Positions 56,074-64,000 of a stretch of 64,000 bases of DNA are shown here, in pieces. The notes under the pieces were generated by a model. The model ran no database searches, was not told the DNA's origin, and was given only the letters and a program-made list of their open reading frames with translations. Source of the DNA: a virus (Duplodnaviria; Heunggongvirae; Uroviricota; Caudoviricetes); the IMG/VR virus record IMGVR_UViG_3300033072_000303, positions 1 to 64,000 of that record, one strand, 5' to 3'. The position numbers were made by a program, and so were the translations under genes. Each line of letters opens with the position of its first letter. Within the stretch, counting starts at the first letter, position 1.

Positions 56074-57771
56074 TTAACCAGTTACAGTCCAACCCTTAGC
56101 AGTAGCAATTGACGGGTCGTCCTCACTCACTCCATAGTTTCCAGTTACTGTTACTGTTTGTCCAGTTACGGTTGGAAGTATGCTATACATCTCATTTAAT
56201 GCTGTTGCACTCATCTTAGCATTAGCTACTGAGAAAGTAAATCTTAGAGGCATTAGCATTCGTTTGAGGGAGTAACAGATATTTAATATTGAAGTATTAG
56301 CGGTGTATGAACTACCAACTGTAATACTTGGCATTACTTGTAAACTCGAACACCCATTTGCAAAAGATGCTAGACCATAAGAAGCAGCGATATTTCCAAA
56401 TATATAGGATGGAATTGTTGTTAAACACTTACAATTTGATAACATGTTTGCAATATTTGTAACACCACTACTATCGCTAAAAGTAGGAGCTTTTTCTAGT
56501 GACCAGCAGTTGTTGCACAAACTAGCTAAATTTGTACAACTAGCAGTAATATTAAAATTAGGCACAGATTTTAAACTATAACACCCATCCAGCATAAAAG
56601 CTAGTGTAGTAGCACTTGTATAATTATATGTTTGTAATATAGCTAATCTATCACAATATTGGAATGTATTACTAAACGTTGTACATAAACTTGTATCTAT
56701 TGCTGGGCTTTCTTTTATTCTAGTATATGCAAATGTCTGTGACAAGCTTGTAATTTTTCCAGTGCCACTGAAAGTTAACATAATATCCGCCAATGACGAA
56801 CATCCGTAGAACACTTGCGAAAATGAATAATCTATATTTGAATTTATAGTTAAATTAATATATCTTAATGACTTACATAAATAAAACATATTTAGAAAAT
56901 CATTACTATTACTTGGTGTTATAGTAATAGGATATGTTTCTATTAATGAACAACAACTGTAGAACATACTATTTAGACTAACACCAGCACTTCTAAACGT
57001 ATATGTAGGCATCTTTTGTAAGGCATAGTTGTTATAGTGCATATTAGTAAATGTTGTTACATTACTTGTATTTTTAATTGTTACTGATTGAAGTGAATGA
57101 CAATCGTAGAATAAATTAGCTAATGAAGTACTTGCTAATTCACCTATTAAGCATTGTTCTAACATAGTATGCTTAACATAATTTGCAACTGCCCCTATTG
57201 ATAAATTAGTACAATTTATCGCGTTTATTCTCATATCTAAAAACCCAGTAGTTAAATCATAGTTTGTACCACTTCCGATACTTGAATGATAAGTATGTAA
57301 AGCAAATTCTGTTAAATTCTGCCCAGCCTGAGGAGTAATAGTAATAATACATTGTTTATATCCAAACTTAGAAACTGTTGCACTATTTAGATTTACATTT
57401 GAGTAATCGTACTTATGTTCTGCTTTTATATTATCTGCAAAGTTTTCTACTACACCATCACCCCAATCAACTGTATAAGTTCCTCGACAAGTAAATGCTA
57501 CAAACTCACTATCTGTATCAAACACAGCATTTAATATACTAACCTTTTGTACTCCATCAACATTATCCGGTAAAGCTAACCATTCTGTAGGTCTTACCCA
57601 AGCATCTGCAACTTCACTTCCACCTCCACCTGTTGTTATCTCTCCAATCTTAGTTGCATAGTTTCTAAAGGTTGTACCAACAGGAACACTAACCCCTTTA
57701 GCTACTATAGCATTTTTAATTGCTGCTTTTGTATCTTGTAAATACAATAATTTATCTGATGTTGTTCCCAT
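56074..57771 (-). CDS. Tail fibre / receptor-binding protein with BspA-type leucine-rich repeats
   Basis: Repeated modules of about 22-25 aa ending in MFYxCxSL / FxxCxSL (LRR_5-like) occur at least 8 times. Its start overlaps the stop of the upstream fibre gene. Confidence 0.5.
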   Translation of the reverse strand: MGTTSDKLLYLQDTKAAIKNAIVAKGVSVPVGTTFRNYATKIGEITTGGGGSEVADAWVRPTEWLALPDNVDGVQKVSILNAVFDTDSEFVAFTCRGTYTVDWGDGVVENFADNIKAEHKYDYSNVNLNSATVSKFGYKQCIITITPQAGQNLTEFALHTYHSSIGSGTNYDLTTGFLDMRINAINCTNLSIGAVANYVKHTMLEQCLIGELASTSLANLFYDCHSLQSVTIKNTSNVTTFTNMHYNNYALQKMPTYTFRSAGVSLNSMFYSCCSLIETYPITITPSNSNDFLNMFYLCKSLRYINLTINSNIDYSFSQVFYGCSSLADIMLTFSGTGKITSLSQTFAYTRIKESPAIDTSLCTTFSNTFQYCDRLAILQTYNYTSATTLAFMLDGCYSLKSVPNFNITASCTNLASLCNNCWSLEKAPTFSDSSGVTNIANMLSNCKCLTTIPSYIFGNIAASYGLASFANGCSSLQVMPSITVGSSYTANTSILNICYSLKRMLMPLRFTFSVANAKMSATALNEMYSILPTVTGQTVTVTGNYGVSEDDPSIATAKGWTVTG

Positions 57772-60470
57772 TATATCACCTGCCCATTGATTGTGTCTAA
57801 TGCTGAGTTTATATCACCTATTAAACTATCTACTTCAGTTTTAGTATAAGTATCAGATATACCATAACCACTTAATGTTGTTGGGTTAGTTCCTGCTGTA
57901 ACCCTACCTTTCGCATCCACCGTTACAGATTTATACGTACCTGCTGTAACTCCGCTGTTTGCCAATGTAGCTGTTCCAGTAACGTTAGCTAATCCATTAA
58001 ACGCCGCTGAAGTCCATGTAACATCCCCAGTCATTCCTATTGTTCTGCCAGTAGCTAAAGCAGAAGCTGTTGAAATGTTACCTGTAATCTGATTTCCATT
58101 TATTTCAATATAATTACTATTACTATATAGACGTAACGTACCATTAGAGTCTAAACTTTGAATTCCTGACCTAAATACGCCACCAGACGTTCCAGATAAC
58201 AACCAAGTAGCAGAACTTGATGTACCCATTATAACATTAAGGGCGCCAGTACTAGTACCACTTGTAGCACCCCAAGATGTGCTTAAACCTGAAGATTGTA
58301 TAAACGATTGCGCACCTAGTGTTGTAGAAATACTAACGTCAGCTGAACCATCAAAGTTTACACTACCAACAATAGCTCCAGCTAAAGCAATATTTCTAGA
58401 AGTTTGTAACTTCGTTGCTGTTCCTGCATTACCGGAAATAGAACCACTAGGAATAACATAATCTGTTCCAGCTGTTGCTGCAGTCATTGCTCCAGTTCCA
58501 TTACCTTTAACTATACCAGTTAAAGTTGTAGCTCCAGTTCCTCCATTACCTACTGGTAATGTACCCGTTACACCTGGAGTTATATTTGCACTACCGTCAA
58601 ATGACGCACTTGCAGTTGAGCCTAAGTTAGTTTGAACTGTCCTAGCAGTTTGCAACGCAGTTGCTGTACCAGCGTTACCAGTAATAGTAGTTATATTAAC
58701 AACACCAGTTTGACCATTTACAGAGTCAACAGCTCCACTTGTTATGTAAACATATACAGAACCAGACCATCTATAAGTTTTATTAGTATCTAAAGCAACG
58801 TATATTTTTCCAGACTCACCTGTAGCTGGGAAACTAGCTTGATTAGCGAATTCTAAAACATCATCAACAAATGCAGGTAATCTCGCAGCATCAATAATAC
58901 CGGTTGTTATCTTACTTGCATCTAAAGATGGTATATCTGAAGCACTTAAAGACGTCCCTGAAGTAACCTGACCTTGCGCATTAGTTGTAACTTTTGTATA
59001 TGTACCAGCAGTTCCTACATTTGTTATTGCTACAGTAGGAGACCAACCTTCACCTGCTGTACCAGACACGGTGATACCTGTACCTTGAGTTAAACCCGCA
59101 ACATAATTTCCTGTTGTATCTGTACCTAAGGCTACTGAGTTAGCTGCAATAGTAGTAGTTATACTTGCGTTAGCCGACCCGTCAAAGTTTACAGTACCTG
59201 TTACATCACCTGTTAAAGATATACTTCTTGTTGTTTGTAGCTTAGTAGCTGTAGCTGCGTTTGCGTTTTCATTTAATGGATGTATTCTTATTTCTAAAAC
59301 CCCATTTGTCGCATGAGCACTAATAACAGCACAAACTATTATTTTAAGCTCAGTGCTACTAGGTACTACTTTTGTTAAACCAGTCCCATTAGGTTTAGCA
59401 TATAAAATATCCCCATCTGCCCAAGTTTCGCCATATAAACTCCCAGATGTATTTACACCACGTACTTTACCATCAATAGTAATAATACCATCAGCACCAG
59501 CTGCTATGTCTTGTGTAGCAACACCATACAGTAAGTGTGCTTCATTAAACCCACCAGTAAATGGTTTTACTTTTATTCTTCCGCTTGCACCTATAGTACC
59601 GTCGAACATTACAGGTGTACCATTAGTTATGATACTCGCCGTGCTATTTCTTACAGTCCTTATATTTTCTTGTCCTAGTTGAATAGAACTTCCGTTAAGC
59701 GTCCCTAGATTAACTGTATTTTCATCTGAGTTCCAAGTTAGCTGCCCTAAGTTAGGAGCTACGTTACCAGCAGTACTAAACCCTACGCTTGGTAATGAAC
59801 TTTGAACTTCAGATTTAGTATACACATCTAATAACGTAACTACCGACCAACCAGTTGAAGTTCTTACTTTCATTGCCTCTATAGTACTATTAAAGTACAG
59901 AGCACCTACTAATAAAGCCCCACCATCATTGTCAACAGTAGGGTCAGAAGCTTTTACTCCTAAGTACCTATCATCAAAACTATCATAACTAGCAGCAGCA
60001 GCATTAGCACTAGCTAAAGCATTCGCTGCACTTGTACTAGCCTCTGAGGCTTTTGTAGTAGCTGTTGTAGCAGAAGTCGTAGCAGAAGTTGCACTTGAAG
60101 CCGCACTAGTAGCACTTGAAGATGCACTAGTAGCACTTGAAGCAGCACTAGTAGCAGAAGTTGCAGCAGCATTTTTAGATGCTAAAGCATTAGTTTCTGA
60201 TGTAGCTGCAGCAGTTGCTTTAGTCGTTGCTGTAGTAGCACTTGTTGCTGCATTAGTTGCAGAAGTTGCAGCAGCATTTTTATATGCTAAAGCACTTGCA
60301 GCATCAGCTGCAGTAGCTGTTGTTATGCTTGTAGCAATACCATCATAAGTAGTCTCTACATACTCTTTAACATCGTCCATTAGTATATTAAGCTGTTCAT
60401 CAGCCTGCGCAATTAATGTATTACCATTAATCACAGCTGTTGTATTAAAATCAGGTATTACTATCGGCAT
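57771..60470 (-). CDS. Tail fibre protein (899 aa)
   Basis: An N-terminal Ala/Ser/Thr low-complexity stretch of about 110 aa, made of ATSA/SATS-type modules, is followed by a long beta-rich Gly/Thr/Asn fibre body. Confidence 0.6.
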   Translation of the reverse strand: MPIVIPDFNTTAVINGNTLIAQADEQLNILMDDVKEYVETTYDGIATSITTATAADAASALAYKNAAATSATNAATSATTATTKATAAATSETNALASKNAAATSATSAASSATSASSSATSAASSATSATTSATTATTKASEASTSAANALASANAAAASYDSFDDRYLGVKASDPTVDNDGGALLVGALYFNSTIEAMKVRTSTGWSVVTLLDVYTKSEVQSSLPSVGFSTAGNVAPNLGQLTWNSDENTVNLGTLNGSSIQLGQENIRTVRNSTASIITNGTPVMFDGTIGASGRIKVKPFTGGFNEAHLLYGVATQDIAAGADGIITIDGKVRGVNTSGSLYGETWADGDILYAKPNGTGLTKVVPSSTELKIIVCAVISAHATNGVLEIRIHPLNENANAATATKLQTTRSISLTGDVTGTVNFDGSANASITTTIAANSVALGTDTTGNYVAGLTQGTGITVSGTAGEGWSPTVAITNVGTAGTYTKVTTNAQGQVTSGTSLSASDIPSLDASKITTGIIDAARLPAFVDDVLEFANQASFPATGESGKIYVALDTNKTYRWSGSVYVYITSGAVDSVNGQTGVVNITTITGNAGTATALQTARTVQTNLGSTASASFDGSANITPGVTGTLPVGNGGTGATTLTGIVKGNGTGAMTAATAGTDYVIPSGSISGNAGTATKLQTSRNIALAGAIVGSVNFDGSADVSISTTLGAQSFIQSSGLSTSWGATSGTSTGALNVIMGTSSSATWLLSGTSGGVFRSGIQSLDSNGTLRLYSNSNYIEINGNQITGNISTASALATGRTIGMTGDVTWTSAAFNGLANVTGTATLANSGVTAGTYKSVTVDAKGRVTAGTNPTTLSGYGISDTYTKTEVDSLIGDINSALDTINGQVI

Positions 60471-60491
60471 TTAATTTCCTTTATTATTATT

Positions 60492-60911
60492 TTATAAACT
60501 ATTTTTTATTGTTAGTAATTCTAACTCAAGATTGTTAATTAATTCTCTAGTAGTATTTCTTTTATCCAGTATATCTTTATATTTAATTTTAAAATCAGTA
60601 TCCGATATAGACTGGGTTATTACTACTAGTTCATTATACTTTGATATAATATAATCAGTACTACTCATATAAGACTTTGATTCATTTATTAGCATATTAA
60701 TCCTATCTATTTTATCTGGTTCAAAGTATTTTTTATGTTCATCTTTATTATAACTTATTTCTATAACTTTATTATTTATATAGGCATACTCTTTATTAGG
60801 GTCTATTTCAACGTTATCTGGTAACTTTATTACATTATTACCAGATAGTTTAGTATTATCATCATAAAATCTAGCTTTTATAAATCCAGCTTCGTTTATA
60901 ATTATTGTCAT
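60492..60911 (-). CDS. Hypothetical protein (possible fibre assembly/chaperone)
   Basis: 139 aa between two fibre genes. Confidence 0.4.
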   Translation of the reverse strand: MTIIINEAGFIKARFYDDNTKLSGNNVIKLPDNVEIDPNKEYAYINNKVIEISYNKDEHKKYFEPDKIDRINMLINESKSYMSSTDYIISKYNELVVITQSISDTDFKIKYKDILDKRNTTRELINNLELELLTIKNSL

Positions 60912-60920
60912 ATTTACTCC

Positions 60921-62315
60921 TTAATCAACTCGGTATAATTTCCAGTTTATACCACCAGTAACTCTTCCATCACCCCATAATGCTTTAATGTATAACATTA
61001 CTTCTATACATCCTTCTGCATGACCTCCATCTGATGCACTTCCTGATGAGAACCCAGCGGCTACACCTAATTGGTGGTAAATACCGATTCTATATTGGTA
61101 GCTATACACGTACCCACCACCAATTCCTAAGTCCAACTGATATTTTCCACAAGGTGCAGTTGTATTATAGGTATTACCTGAGTCATATCCTGTGTTGAAC
61201 CACAACCACGTGTCACCAGTAAACTCACCAGGATTATAGTTACCTTGAGCTACTAAATACCTAGTTACGCTACCAGCACTATTAGCGTAATTAACGCTAA
61301 AGTTAGACGGGTTATACACGTACATTGCAGTACCATTACTACCACCCCATAACCATGGTGGTTGTCCTGTCTGACCAGACCAGTTAAAAGTCATAGCTGC
61401 TCCTGTACCACCACCTTGAGCAAGTGTAGAAGCCTTAGTTGCATTAGTAGCATTAGTAGCGTTAGTTGCATTAGTAGCGTTAGTTGCATTAGTTGCATTA
61501 GTAGCGTTAGTTGCATTAGTAGCGTTAGTTGCATTAGTTGCATTAGTTGCACTATCAGCCACTCTTGCAGAGTCCACCCTAACACCATATGTTTGACTTC
61601 CATTCCAACCCATTAACGTAGGGTATGTTGCACTCCATACATTAGTTGGTGTAGTGTTATTAACAGCAGTACCAGAAGGAGATAACCCTTTAGAGGCATC
61701 AAAAATAACATGATTATTACCATAGTTATTCCATGCTAACATATTAGCTACTGCCGAACTTCTATTAGTTGCCCAGTTACTAGCATCCCCAGATAGTGTT
61801 GTTGCAGCTCCAGTTAAGTTTGCTGTAATAGTACCAGCACTAAAGTTTCCACTAGCGTCACGTGCTACTATTGTACTTGCAGTATTAGTAGAACTCGAGT
61901 TCATACCATCGAGTAAATCTGCGTCTAACCCACTTCCAGTACCATCTACTGTTTTAATCTTTGTTAAAACGTCAGCAGCAGTATATGTAGTAGTATTTAG
62001 CTTTAATCCTAACTCATTATTTATTTTAGAAGCCGTCCATAAACTGTTTGTATCAGTACCAGTATCTAGAACTGTACACCCGTCTACTTTATCTACATCA
62101 ATCATGTACTTAGTAGCCATAGGATTCCACGCACTACCACTATATGTTTCCCAATACTTATTAGTATTATTCCATCTTTTTGCACCAGTAGGTAAGTTAG
62201 TAGGAGTTACCGTTGAGCTATCCAGCATTTGTAGTAAATCAGTATCCCTAGCCTTTAGCTCATTTAAAAAGTCACTATAAAGACTGGTTAAAGTTGGTTT
62301 TGCAAAATCTGCCAT
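60921..62315 (-). CDS. Tail fibre-like protein with (NAT)n repeat
   Basis: Gly/Thr/Asn-rich fibre composition with an internal stretch of at least 11 NAT repeats. Confidence 0.5.
   Translation of the reverse strand: MADFAKPTLTSLYSDFLNELKARDTDLLQMLDSSTVTPTNLPTGAKRWNNTNKYWETYSGSAWNPMATKYMIDVDKVDGCTVLDTGTDTNSLWTASKINNELGLKLNTTTYTAADVLTKIKTVDGTGSGLDADLLDGMNSSSTNTASTIVARDASGNFSAGTITANLTGAATTLSGDASNWATNRSSAVANMLAWNNYGNNHVIFDASKGLSPSGTAVNNTTPTNVWSATYPTLMGWNGSQTYGVRVDSARVADSATNATNATNATNATNATNATNATNATNATNATNATNATKASTLAQGGGTGAAMTFNWSGQTGQPPWLWGGSNGTAMYVYNPSNFSVNYANSAGSVTRYLVAQGNYNPGEFTGDTWLWFNTGYDSGNTYNTTAPCGKYQLDLGIGGGYVYSYQYRIGIYHQLGVAAGFSSGSASDGGHAEGCIEVMLYIKALWGDGRVTGGINWKLYRVD
61432..61548 (-). 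repeat. 9-bp tandem repeat (about 13 units) encoding (Asn-Ala-Thr)n
   Basis: The + strand shows gcattagta / gcgttagtt / gcattagtt units in head-to-tail array. Read on the - strand each is AAT GCT ACT. Confidence 0.7.
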
Positions 62316-62345
62316 ACTTTTCCTTTTATTAATATAACTAGAGGA

Positions 62346-63974
62346 TTAGTACCCTCTAGCAGACCAGCTAAACTGACCATTTATTCTGATACCAGAAGTA
62401 TCATACATTAAAACTTTAAATGACGTTGGGTTTGGTGTATCCACAAAGTCATAAATAGCAATTTGAGGTGTAGTACCAAGAGGAGTTACACTAATTGATG
62501 TAATGTCAACAAAACTTTTGTTAAAGTTAACAACTGTTCCACCTACATGTGTTGATAAAGCCGTACCAGTACCAGAATCATTTTTAATCTTAGAGTCAAG
62601 CTTAACGTTTAGTGTTTTAAGTCGAACCCCAGCATTCGTACCAGATACTTGTAGATGTATTTTAACATATCTAAAACCAGTACCATACACTTGTGTTTGA
62701 CCTGGGTAATTAGTATAAGTAGTACCATCAGCACTAATAGATATAGTAGGTGCTATTACAACATTACCAACAATATTCTCAATAGAGTATTCTAGTGTTA
62801 CTAAAGAACTAGATAAAGAGGTACCATAATCAAATACCTCAGTGTAAGAACCAGATGTTAAAAATGGTTGAATCCATAGTGGACTCCCTGCAGTTACTTG
62901 TGCTTGAGGCGCTGTCCAGCTATTATTAACAAAGTGTTGCTGAATTGTCTCAACAGTATTAACTGGAATAACTAGACCATTATCTATTTTAGCATTTACC
63001 TTAGTACCACTAAATGTACTAACCCAATTAACATTTAAAATGTAATCAGGTGGCTCTGAAACTAGCGTAGTAGCGGATTTTAATGCCCCTAGGTTACCAG
63101 CAGAATCAACAGCACCAAGCCAGTAAGTATACTGCCCAGAGTTATTTTCAAATATAGTTGTAAATGTACCTTTTTTCTCGCCTATTTCTACTAGTGAATT
63201 TATACTATTACCTTTGTATAGTATAAAGTTCTCAATAGGTAAACTACCTTGAGTAGCGCTCCATTTTAATAGTACGTTATTATCAATCACCTCAGTTTGT
63301 AATGCGTCTATAGTTCCTGTTGAAATACTTAAATTTGTCTCTATACCTGTGCTTCTCGCACCTAAAACATTTACCGTTGTTACTTTAAATGTTTTATTGC
63401 CTACCCAATATACTGGCAATCTATAGTTGTTAGATTTAGATTTAACAATCTTGCTATCATACTCTATTTCATAGTAGTCAATAGGAACAGCTGAATTAGG
63501 TACTCCCCAAGACATTACTGCCTCTTTACCTTCAATTACAATAGTAACGGCTAAAGGGTTTGGTACTTGTACCGTAACAGTTAATAGGTACTCAGCAGAT
63601 TTATTCCCAAGCACATCAGTAACAGTTATTTTAAATACTCTATCACCAGTAAAATTAGCCTTCATATAAGATATATTATCTTTGGTATTAACTGTAGTAC
63701 CATTGTAACTAACAGTATAATAATCTAAAGCAAAACCAGCAACACCGTCAGTAGTAGCATTTATTGTTAGTTTTATATCCTCACCGTCTACTATGTAGTT
63801 TGCACCTATCACGCTAGGTGGAACTGTAGTAAATGATTTGCTTAATGGATTAGATACTTTTTTAATCATATCCACAGCTTTAAACACATACGTAATACCA
63901 GATGTTCCTACTGGGTGTCTAAGTGTAAATGAGTCTGAAATCTGAGTAGAAATCTTAACATTATCTTTGTACAC
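62346..63974 (-). CDS. Structural protein with Ig/FN3-like beta repeats (tail or baseplate); 5' end may lie beyond the window
   Basis: 542 aa with a beta-strand-rich repetitive pattern. The listed start is GTG at 63974, but the frame stays open to the window edge (..PLDFAYYEV upstream). Confidence 0.45.
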   Translation of the reverse strand: MYKDNVKISTQISDSFTLRHPVGTSGITYVFKAVDMIKKVSNPLSKSFTTVPPSVIGANYIVDGEDIKLTINATTDGVAGFALDYYTVSYNGTTVNTKDNISYMKANFTGDRVFKITVTDVLGNKSAEYLLTVTVQVPNPLAVTIVIEGKEAVMSWGVPNSAVPIDYYEIEYDSKIVKSKSNNYRLPVYWVGNKTFKVTTVNVLGARSTGIETNLSISTGTIDALQTEVIDNNVLLKWSATQGSLPIENFILYKGNSINSLVEIGEKKGTFTTIFENNSGQYTYWLGAVDSAGNLGALKSATTLVSEPPDYILNVNWVSTFSGTKVNAKIDNGLVIPVNTVETIQQHFVNNSWTAPQAQVTAGSPLWIQPFLTSGSYTEVFDYGTSLSSSLVTLEYSIENIVGNVVIAPTISISADGTTYTNYPGQTQVYGTGFRYVKIHLQVSGTNAGVRLKTLNVKLDSKIKNDSGTGTALSTHVGGTVVNFNKSFVDITSISVTPLGTTPQIAIYDFVDTPNPTSFKVLMYDTSGIRINGQFSWSARGY

Positions 63975-64000
63975 CTCGTAGTAAGCAAAGTCTAGCGGTT

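Noticed and set aside
58279-59682. + strand ORFs inside the - strand tail-fibre gene (58279..58461, 59353..59682)
   Set aside because: They lie opposite the 899-aa fibre ORF and arise from its Gly/Thr/Ala codon bias.
61362-61616. ORFs 61362..61616 (+) and 61391..61603 (-) with poly-Ser/Cys-Ile or Leu/Met/Gln repeats
   Set aside because: They are translation artefacts of the 9-bp tandem repeat read in the wrong frames, inside the tail-fibre gene.
1-64000. CRISPR arrays, rRNA, integrase or transposase
   Set aside because: No regularly spaced direct repeats with unique spacers were found. No rRNA-like stretch was seen. No integrase motifs (tyrosine-recombinase R..HxxR..Y or serine-recombinase) and no DDE transposase motifs were detected. 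The only mobile element found is the intein.

Overview
This window is an AT-rich segment (roughly 35% GC by eye) of a large virulent-type dsDNA phage genome. No integrase, CRISPR array or rRNA was found. Genes from 1 to about 52.3 kb are on the + strand, tightly packed and often translationally coupled through ATGA/TAATG overlaps. Genes from about 52.5 kb to the window end are on the - strand; the open reading frame of the last one runs to the window edge.

Recognisable modules, in order:
- An NAD+ module: a PRPP-synthetase-like kinase next to a nicotinamide phosphoribosyltransferase homologue (NAMPT, NadV-like).
- An SPFH/band-7 membrane protein with three small membrane ORFs.
- A GC-richer, largely ORF-free stretch holding an atypical tRNA-like gene with a CAT anticodon.
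- A GHKL-type ATPase with an unknown partner and an RNA ligase.
- MazG and dNMP kinase.
- A metallophosphoesterase.
- An SF2 helicase split by a LAGLIDADG intein in its P-loop.
- A coupled triplet: unknown protein, Pol-beta-type nucleotidyltransferase, HD-domain CCA-adding enzyme.
- ATP-dependent DNA ligase.
- A WGR-domain poly(ADP-ribose) polymerase carrying the H-Y-E triad.
- An NrdG-like radical-SAM activase.
- Proofreading family-A DNA polymerase.
- A sigma-70-family sigma factor.
- ThyX.
- Class I ribonucleotide reductase (nrdA, then a vWA gene, then nrdB).
- PIN-PhoH.
- ClpP-like protease.
- DnaB helicase, DnaG-type primase, flap endonuclease, HU, SbcC/SbcD, endonuclease VII.
- On the - strand, a lysis cassette (M15 peptidase endolysin, small membrane proteins, a PAS-like protein) and tail-fibre genes. 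One fibre has BspA-type leucine-rich repeats. Another has a (NAT)n 9-bp tandem repeat.

The most notable observation is a phage-encoded PARP sitting beside a DNA ligase in a genome that also carries its own NAD+-producing pair and an RNA-repair and tRNA-maturation set.

Other notable signals:
- A ~76-nt promoter-like intergenic element present as near-identical copies (94%) before two operons, with two diverged partial copies.
- A tRNA-like acceptor/T-arm minihelix directly after a terminator.
- An in-frame amber codon interrupting a 126-codon frame.
- An iterated TATAG region at the convergent strand switch.
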